Shown here: positions 57,603 to 64,000 of the stretch, piece after piece
Position numbering within the stretch: the first letter of the stretch is position 1
Layout: each line of letters begins with the position of its first letter
Assembly (NCBI GenBank): GCA_041641295.1
Contig: JBEPYO010000001.1
Coordinates: forward strand, 1,152,001 to 1,216,000
Direction: 5' to 3'
From: Nitrososphaerota archaeon
GTDB taxonomy: Archaea; Thermoproteota; Nitrososphaeria_A; Caldarchaeales; Calditenuaceae
Length of the DNA stretch: 64,000 bases
Program-made: the position numbers and the translations under genes
The notes under the pieces: generated by a model
Seen by the model: only the letters and a program-made list of their open reading frames with translations
Database searches by the model: none
Told to the model about the DNA's origin: nothing

Positions 57603-59042
57603 GTGGCACCCCCAGATCCTGAATATCGTATTGAGAAGGACACGATGGGTGAGATGCGTGTCCCGGTAACCGCTTATTATGGCGCACAGACTGCGAGAGC
57701 CCTAGAGAACTTCAAGTTCTCCCAACTCACCATGCCACGCCAGTTCATCAAAGCTCTAGGACTTATCAAGGCTGGCGCAGCGAAGGCTAACACAGAGCTT
57801 GGATTGCTCCCTAAGCACATTGGTGATGCGATCTACAAGGCTGCACTCGAGGTTGCGGAGGGCCTGCACGACGACCAGTTCGTAGTGGATGTATTCCAGA
57901 CTGGGTCCGGCACCTCAACAAACATGAATGCAAACGAGGTAATAGCCAACAGGGCCTCTGAGCTACTTGGGGGCAGGAGGGGCGATAAAATGCTCGTCCA
58001 CCCCAACGACCACGTCAACATGGGGCAGTCGACCAACGACGTTATACCCACCGCCATAAGGGTCGCGGTCGCGTCCCTCATCCATGAACAGCTCTTGAAG
58101 AAGCTTGACTTGCTGGCAAGCACGCTTGAGCTCAAGGCACAAGAGTTTAGAGACGTAGTTAAGAGCGGTAGAACGCACCTTCAAGACGCCGTCCCTGTAA
58201 CGTTGGGACAAGAATTTAGCGGATATGCAGAGATGATGAGGAAGAGCGTCTATAGGGTTAGGAAGGCTTCAGAGGGGCTTCTCGAGCTACCTATAGGAGG
58301 TACTGCGGTCGGGACTGGTTTGAACGCTCACCCAGAGTTTGCACCGAGGGTTGTGAAGTTCCTGTCGGAGACCCTCGGCATCCCATTTGTTACTGCGAGG
58401 AATAGGTTTGAGGCGATGGGCAGCCAAGACGCCTGTGTCGAGGTGAGCGGAGCGCTAAGGTGCGTGGCAGGAAGCATCCTGAAGATATGCAATGACCTGC
58501 GGCTTTTATCGTCTGGCCCAGTTACAGGGTTCGGAGAGATTGAGATACCGGCTGTTCAGCCGGGCTCCTCGATAATGCCGGGCAAAGTCAATCCCGTGAT
58601 TGTTGAGGCGTCGATGCTTGCGGCCTGTATGGTGATAGGCTATGATGCGGCGATCTTTGAGGCCTCCCGTGTGGGCGAGCTTGAACTGAACATGGGCAAC
58701 CCCCTCATCGCCTACTGTCTGATAAACTCAGTAGAGCTTCTGAGTAGGACTGCCCAACACCTCGCAGACAAAGTAATACCTGGTATCACTGCGAACGTGG
58801 AGAGGTGCAGGCTCTATGCCGAGAGCAGCCCAGCCACAATCACGGTACTGGCCCCGCTAATCGGGTATGATAAGGCTGCTGAAGTCGCTAGGAGGGCGTT
58901 AAAGGAGAGGCGCTCGATAAAGGATATCGTCGTGGAGATGGGTCTGATGAGCAGGGAGGAGATTGACAGGGTGTTTGACGTAAAGAAGATGACTGAAGGC
59001 GGTATATTAGTACTGAAGAAAGAGCACGCGCCTCATGGATAG
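57603..59042 (+). CDS. fumC: Class II fumarate hydratase (aspartase/fumarase family)
   Basis: RIEKDTMG, YYGAQT, QTGSGTSTNMNANEV, HPNDHVN.GQSTND, GRTHLQDA, GSSIMPGKVNP. GTG 57603 is preferred as start over 57552. Confidence 0.92.
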   Translation: MAPPDPEYRIEKDTMGEMRVPVTAYYGAQTARALENFKFSQLTMPRQFIKALGLIKAGAAKANTELGLLPKHIGDAIYKAALEVAEGLHDDQFVVDVFQTGSGTSTNMNANEVIANRASELLGGRRGDKMLVHPNDHVNMGQSTNDVIPTAIRVAVASLIHEQLLKKLDLLASTLELKAQEFRDVVKSGRTHLQDAVPVTLGQEFSGYAEMMRKSVYRVRKASEGLLELPIGGTAVGTGLNAHPEFAPRVVKFLSETLGIPFVTARNRFEAMGSQDACVEVSGALRCVAGSILKICNDLRLLSSGPVTGFGEIEIPAVQPGSSIMPGKVNPVIVEASMLAACMVIGYDAAIFEASRVGELELNMGNPLIAYCLINSVELLSRTAQHLADKVIPGITANVERCRLYAESSPATITVLAPLIGYDKAAEVARRALKERRSIKDIVVEMGLMSREEIDRVFDVKKMTEGGILVLKKEHAPHG

Positions 59043-60241
59043 AGGAGCGGCTCAGGGTCTATCTCGCCTAAATCCCTGATTTTTTCCAGTCTCGACATCA
59101 GATAGTCGCGGATAGAACGGGCGCTTGGAAGCTCCCCCACAACCTCGCCGTTAAGTATTAGTGGCTTCAACAGCTCCTCGACTGGCCTACCGCACCTTGG
59201 ACATCTTTCAAGCCTTTTCACCCGCGGCACCACCGTGTCGTGGAACATGTCACACCTGTAGACCTGCTTAGCGGATGGAAGCTTCCCTCTCTTTGACAAG
59301 GGCCGGCCCTCAACCTCAACGATATCCAAGGCCAAGTCGATTGATGGTGGAAACGCTATTGAGGTCCCTACGCCAAACCCGTCAACAATGTCGCGGAGTT
59401 CCTCGACATCGCTTTCATCAATCCCGCCGCTCACGTATAATTTGACATTCCCGTAGCCGTTGACAGCGAGGGTCCACTTAACCTCCTCCACAATCCTCCT
59501 CATACTACCCCTCCTTGAAGATGGGGTGTCCAGCCTAACTCCGTGGAGCCGGTTGCCAAGCGTCTTCGCGGCGAGGAGTGCCTCCTCTCTCTCGTCGAGG
59601 AAGGTGTCGCAAAGCGCGATCCTCGGAACATCTTCTGGTATGGCGGCGTCGAAGGACTTCCAAGCCTCTGTCTGGCTCCCCGAGACTATTATCAGGGCGT
59701 GAGGCATAGTCCCTACAGGCCTCTCACCGATAAGCTCCGCCCCCAAAACCCCAGAGACAGCATCACAGCCGCCGATGAACGCTGCCCTATCAACTGCAGG
59801 CGCAACGGCCGGGTGGACACACCTAATCCCGAAGAAGATCAACGATTTTCCCCAGCCCTTCAGTCTAATCCTGGCCGCCTTTGTGGCCACGCTCGAGCCG
59901 TGCCGTAGTACGCCGAGTATCGAGGATTCGTAGACGCCAAACTCGCCATAGGCTCCCGATATCTCCATAACAGGCTCGAATGGTCTGAAGATCTCCCCCT
60001 CCTTCATGGAATAGACGTCGACGCGCCTCCCCTCCAAGATGGCAACAACCTCCTCCACGCCAGCTAGGACAGCCCATCGATACCCACTTGGAAGACCGTA
60101 GGTGTGGACTTCTGCAACCACCCGCCTCCCCAGTAGACCCTTAGAAGAGAGGACTTCCCGCGTCCTCACAAAATAAACATCAGTAACCCTTCCCCCCTTC
60201 ACATCATCAACAGAGGCGGTGTAAATCTTCGGCCCCGCCAA
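59033..60241 (-). CDS. pncB: Nicotinate phosphoribosyltransferase
   Basis: TDVYF, FGIR, GTMPH, LCDT, VRLDT, SGGID, FGVGT, KRGK. Confidence 0.9.
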   Translation of the reverse strand: MAGPKIYTASVDDVKGGRVTDVYFVRTREVLSSKGLLGRRVVAEVHTYGLPSGYRWAVLAGVEEVVAILEGRRVDVYSMKEGEIFRPFEPVMEISGAYGEFGVYESSILGVLRHGSSVATKAARIRLKGWGKSLIFFGIRCVHPAVAPAVDRAAFIGGCDAVSGVLGAELIGERPVGTMPHALIIVSGSQTEAWKSFDAAIPEDVPRIALCDTFLDEREEALLAAKTLGNRLHGVRLDTPSSRRGSMRRIVEEVKWTLAVNGYGNVKLYVSGGIDESDVEELRDIVDGFGVGTSIAFPPSIDLALDIVEVEGRPLSKRGKLPSAKQVYRCDMFHDTVVPRVKRLERCPRCGRPVEELLKPLILNGEVVGELPSARSIRDYLMSRLEKIRDLGEIDPEPLLYP

Positions 60242-60378
60242 AACACTTCAAGGCATCCACTAAGTAAAGGACGATAAAAACCCTTAAAGACAACCATCCC
60301 CAACACGACATCCTCCAAACTGAGGAATTTCTCGGAAATAGGCCTTATAAACAGCCGAGATTAGAGGGCCCTGAAGGA

Positions 60379-60798
60379 ATGCCGCGGTTCAGGCTACAGC
60401 TCAACAGGCCGTACGGCTTCATCAGCGTAGAGGCCGAGAGCGTCGAAGAGATCGCCGCCTCCCTGAACAAGCTGATAGAACTCTCAAACACAGTGGACAG
60501 GGGCCTAGGCTTAGCCTCTCCCGCGGCTCAACAGCAGGCAACCCCCTCAGTGAAGGCGAGGCGGAGAAGAGGCAGCTCAGAGGCAGTCCTAGCCCTTGAC
60601 ACGATCGAGAGGCAGCTACTTGGGACCGGCTTCTTCTCCACTCCTCGTACAACATCCGAGGTGAGGCAGAAGATCTACGAGCTTACAGGCCTGAGGCTTC
60701 AGAGTAGAAAGGTCAGCCAAGCGCTGGGAATACTATACGCGTCTAAGAAAATTATGAGGGTGGGGAGTAGAGGCAACTACAGGTGGTTTGAGAAATAG
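60379..60798 (+). CDS. Conserved hypothetical protein, probable C-terminal winged helix
   Basis: Clean ORF after a TATA-like TTATAAA; FFSTPRTTSEV..VSQAL..L..GSRGNYRW. Confidence 0.65.
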   Translation: MPRFRLQLNRPYGFISVEAESVEEIAASLNKLIELSNTVDRGLGLASPAAQQQATPSVKARRRRGSSEAVLALDTIERQLLGTGFFSTPRTTSEVRQKIYELTGLRLQSRKVSQALGILYASKKIMRVGSRGNYRWFEK

Positions 60799-60800
60799 GC

Positions 60801-61769
60801 TCAGGCGAGATATGCGTAAGCGAACTTGTCTAGGTGTTTGATGCGCTTCGCGGGGTGGGGGTGTGTGCTGAAGAGGTCGGCTAGGATGCTGGGCTTAGCC
60901 CTCCTCAACTCCTCGATCGCCCTCTCTACATCAATGTATGGGTCGACCGCGTGCTCAGGGTCTGAGATGAAAAACATCTTCAACTGCTCCGTCCGAGCCC
61001 TAGCCTCTGGCCTAATCCTGCCTGAGAGCGACATAATCCGGACGAGAGCCCTCTGAAGCTTCCTCGCACCATCACTAACAACGGTCGCAGCGTGGCTGTC
61101 GGCATAGTATTCGCGGAGCCGGCTCATCAGAAAGACGAACAAGTTAAACACGAAGCTCAGAACTATTAGTCCAATGCCTATCAGGATGGGTGCCGCGCTG
61201 CCCCCATTCCTCCTAGCACCCCCGAAGAGGCCAGACATGTAGAGTGTATACCCGATGTAGTAGATTATAGCCGGTATGAGGCTTATCATCAACATGACTA
61301 CGACGTCTCTGTGTCTGAGGTGCCCCACCTCATGTGCCAGGACAGCCTCAAGCTCTTCACGCGGGATACGGCCCAAGAGACCGCTGGTAACAGCCACCAT
61401 AGGGCCCGTCAGGGGGCTTCCATATGCGAAAGCATTCGGAATATTGATGTTCGCTATCATGACTTTCGGCCTCTGGCGTAGACCACTCTTAGCCGCCAGC
61501 TCGTCAACCATCTGGTATAGCCACGGGTATGCTGTTTGATCTGCCTCGGTTACTCTGTAGATAGCGTTGATCAAGTAGGGTCCGAAGAGCCACTGTAAGA
61601 TGTTTAGAATTACTACGAATCCTATGACGCCGTAGATATAGAATGTTGGCAGCCCCAGATAGAGTATGAGTGCGGTTAATAGAAGAGTGGCTGTCCCAAC
61701 TACTGCAAGCCAGATGGTTATCATGCTGACCCGTAGTCCAAGTAGTGAGACCCTAACCTGCTCCATCAT
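60801..61769 (-). CDS. htpX: Zinc metalloprotease HtpX (M48)
   Basis: PNAFAYG, VLAHEVGH (HExxH), SRLREYYAD, FSTHP. Confidence 0.95.
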   Translation of the reverse strand: MMEQVRVSLLGLRVSMITIWLAVVGTATLLLTALILYLGLPTFYIYGVIGFVVILNILQWLFGPYLINAIYRVTEADQTAYPWLYQMVDELAAKSGLRQRPKVMIANINIPNAFAYGSPLTGPMVAVTSGLLGRIPREELEAVLAHEVGHLRHRDVVVMLMISLIPAIIYYIGYTLYMSGLFGGARRNGGSAAPILIGIGLIVLSFVFNLFVFLMSRLREYYADSHAATVVSDGARKLQRALVRIMSLSGRIRPEARARTEQLKMFFISDPEHAVDPYIDVERAIEELRRAKPSILADLFSTHPHPAKRIKHLDKFAYAYLA

Positions 61770-61933
61770 GATAACACCCTGATTAGAGCTAGGCGGAGTG
61801 CCAAGTATTAAATCTTATCCGACATAAAGCTTTCGTTAACTAGACTTACAGAATTATTATACTTAACTTGTTGAATTAGATTAGCAAGTAGGCATATTCT
61901 TAAATAACTGACCGGAGGGGAGAGAGAATTTGA

Positions 61934-62218
61934 TTATATTATTTCGCGTACTTTTCTCTCCTCTCTGGGCCTAACCTTGAGTACTCCGTAGTGTATGGCG
62001 CAGGAGATGCAGAGGTTTTCGGTGATGATGTTCTGGGAAATGTAAGCACCCGCCTTCTTCAATTCTCTGAAAAGGTCCCCGCGGACTAGTGATACACGCC
62101 TAGTGACGCGCTGAATCTTGCTCCTCGGAACAAGTGCACCACAGTTATCGCACTGAACCATCGGCTCAGAGCCTTTCTGCCCCTTCGCCCTGCCCCTATT
62201 CTTTCTCTTTACAGGCAT
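61934..62218 (-). CDS. rps26e: 30S ribosomal protein S26e
   Basis: MPVKRKNRGR, QCDNCG..VPRSK, CISCAIH..VRPREER. Confidence 0.95.
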   Translation of the reverse strand: MPVKRKNRGRAKGQKGSEPMVQCDNCGALVPRSKIQRVTRRVSLVRGDLFRELKKAGAYISQNIITENLCISCAIHYGVLKVRPREERKVREII

Positions 62219-62321
62219 GTTGTCCAGTGATATCTCGTTAGGGGGGCGATTTAAACCCTTTATCTACCTATATTCACGAGGTCTAAGCCTTATTCAGCCC
62301 CTTAACCCCATACGCCTCCTG

Positions 62322-62825
62322 CTAGGTCTTCATGCTTTTCTGGGTCTTCAGGTAGGTCTCGAAAGCCCGGAGAGACTCTTCTTGGACTGGATCTACCGAT
62401 CCAGGCCTGACCGTCCGAATCCAGTTGAGCGCCTCCTCACTGCTCATCCCTTTACTGTAGATCATGTATGCGGCGACTATGGAGCCTGATCTTCCCTGCC
62501 CCGCGGCGCAGTGGACCAGAACACTTCGTCCTTGCCTTCTCATCTCGTCGATAAACTTGACCGATTTCAGGATGGTTTCGAGTGGTGGCGGGTCGTGGTC
62601 TGCTGTGGGTAAGTGTTCATAAACTATGTCGAAGCCCTCGAGGAAGATTGGCGGTATCTTGTCCTCCGTGAGGGAGAGTATTGAGCGTATACCATTCTCG
62701 TGTAGCCACTGTATTTGCTGCCGTGTAACGGGACGGCCTGAGACGGCCAATCCCTCGTCAACCCAGCCAAAATTGAACGGTATGTCTGTAAACATCCCCC
62801 TTATGCGCCGCGCAATATCCCCCAA
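62322..62825 (-). CDS. Dual-specificity protein phosphatase (PTP/DSP family)
   Basis: VLVHCAAGQGRSG (HCx5R), DHDPP, IRTVRPGS. Probable start TTG 62825 or ATG 62803. Confidence 0.9.
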   Translation of the reverse strand: MGDIARRIRGMFTDIPFNFGWVDEGLAVSGRPVTRQQIQWLHENGIRSILSLTEDKIPPIFLEGFDIVYEHLPTADHDPPPLETILKSVKFIDEMRRQGRSVLVHCAAGQGRSGSIVAAYMIYSKGMSSEEALNWIRTVRPGSVDPVQEESLRAFETYLKTQKSMKT

Positions 62826-62916
62826 ATTATCCACAGATAAGAGTATGCTGGGGGCTGGTATAAGACCCTTGAGCTGGGGAGGGGATATAAATCTCGAGGA
62901 GAGGATAGTCTCGGAG

Positions 62917-63810
62917 ATGGTGGAGAGGTTTTCGCTGGTAGCGGGGCCCGCATCAAGTGAGCTGGGAAACAGGATCGCTGAGGCGATGGGTATAAGACCT
63001 CTAAGGCTCCAGCACAAGGTTTTCCCCGACGGCGAGTCCTATTTCAGATTCCTCGAAAAACCAGACTCCACAGTAGTCCTTGTTCAGGGTACACACCCGC
63101 CCCAGGATAAGCACCTTCTCCAGCTGCTACTAATGTCGATGGGTCTCAAGGAGCTTGGAGTGGCACGCATAGTGGCCCTAGTCCCATACCTAGCATATGC
63201 GCGGCAGGATAGGGCTTTCTTGGAGGGTGAGACTGTGAGCCTCAAGGTAGTTCTCCACCTGATGAAGTCGGCCGGAGTTGACGAACTGGTAACAGTGAAT
63301 CCACACGCGCCTTGGGCACTCCGAGAATCTGGAGTTCTGAGCCACTCCATCAGCGTCGCAAAGACTCTAGCATCTGGTGTGAAGAGGCGTGGCTGGCAGG
63401 TGTCTTATGTTGTCTCACCTGGGAAGAAGGGGATGGAACTCGCAGCCGAGGCCTCATTGGAGCTTGGTGCAGAGCCTGTAAAGGCCGAGTCGTGGAGAGA
63501 CCCAAACACCGGCGAGGTCAAGGTGGAGGTGGAAGACGGGCACAGCTTCAGCAATAAGGGCGTAATGATCATCGACGACGTGGTAAGCTCAGGGGGAACC
63601 ATGAGCAAGCTCGTAAAGAAGCTAAAGTCTGCGAACGCCTCGAAGGTCTATGCCTGCTGCATCCACGGACTATTCATAGGAGGCTCAGACCAGAAAATCC
63701 TTGAGGCCGGTGCAGATGCGATATTAGCCACAAACACCGTTCCAAACAAGTACGCGGAGGTCGACATATCGGCTGAGATCGCCAACTTTTTGGCCAAACT
63801 GATATCTTGA
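62917..63810 (+). CDS. prs: Ribose-phosphate pyrophosphokinase
   Basis: FPDGESY, PYLAYARQD..F, IIDDVVSSGGT, CIHG, TNTV; ATG 62917 follows a GGAG/TATA context. Confidence 0.93.
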   Translation: MVERFSLVAGPASSELGNRIAEAMGIRPLRLQHKVFPDGESYFRFLEKPDSTVVLVQGTHPPQDKHLLQLLLMSMGLKELGVARIVALVPYLAYARQDRAFLEGETVSLKVVLHLMKSAGVDELVTVNPHAPWALRESGVLSHSISVAKTLASGVKRRGWQVSYVVSPGKKGMELAAEASLELGAEPVKAESWRDPNTGEVKVEVEDGHSFSNKGVMIIDDVVSSGGTMSKLVKKLKSANASKVYACCIHGLFIGGSDQKILEAGADAILATNTVPNKYAEVDISAEIANFLAKLIS

Positions 63811-64000
63811 AGCGTCTTCTCGCGCTGCTCTCAGGCGAGGCGCCTGGGCTTGCTTTAAGCGAGCTAAAGTCAATACTCCACATCCTTTATGGCACTGACA
63901 GTGTCGAAGGGGTTACAGGCAGGATTGTCCATATTAACGCCAACATTAGTGATGCCGGAGCCATAACCGGGCGCGCAGCGTATGTGAAGGAGATAGTGGA
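63807..64000 (+). CDS. N-terminus of a THUMP-domain tRNA (guanine-N2) methyltransferase, Trm11/TrmG10-like; runs off the right edge
   Basis: TTG 63807 overlaps the prs stop; reads MKRLLALLSGEAPGLALSELKSIL..RAAYVKEI, resembling the LSGExPxLxxxE start of archaeal Trm11. Confidence 0.6.
   Translation, partial: MKRLLALLSGEAPGLALSELKSILHILYGTDSVEGVTGRIVHINANISDAGAITGRAAYVKEIV

Noticed and set aside
62626-63017. Apparent long head-to-head overlap of prs (from 62626) and the phosphatase (from 63017)
   Set aside because: Artefact of longest-ORF calling; the homologous regions start at about 62917 (+) and 62825 (-), leaving a normal divergent promoter.
1-64000. CRISPR arrays, IS elements, integrases, rRNA, C/D box sRNAs
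   Set aside because: No spaced repeats, transposase or recombinase motifs, or convincing RTGATGA..CTGA pairs seen in the intergenic gaps by eye; a covariance-model search could still find small RNAs.

Overview
A 64 kb archaeal chromosomal window. The gene set (rps6e, rps8e, rps26e, Alba, SRP19, Gar1, RIO1, PAC2, a stand-alone EF-2, a BHB-intron tRNA, coxDEG) points to a thermophilic TACK archaeon, most plausibly Aigarchaeota/Caldarchaeales; this is inferred from gene content only. It holds about 58 protein genes and three tRNAs: Ser-GCT, intron-containing Ser-CGA and Arg-TCT. I see no CRISPR array, rRNA, integrase or IS element. The left ~16 kb is accessory-looking: a GT4 with a homopolymer frameshift, an MFS transporter, GH172/DUF2961, ASCH, GH38, an amber-interrupted HTH-LAGLIDADG endonuclease next to tRNA-Arg, and a Tat flavoprotein paired with a DOMON-cytochrome b fusion. 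Two respiratory modules stand out. (1) A two-subunit heme-copper oxidoreductase whose helix-VI H-P-x-V-Y motif reads D-G-N-V-L and whose subunit II has lost its CuA cysteines, matching the gNOR-type nitric-oxide reductase signature. (2) An exported FAD reductase/dehydrogenase lacking the fumarate-reductase catalytic residues, paired with a DOMON-heme/diheme cytochrome b fusion and with no Fe-S or cytochrome c partner. The rest is mostly housekeeping: POR/ACD, ABC-2 exporters, a Met-rich putative copper cluster, and translation genes. All calls come from motif reading by eye; no database searches were run.
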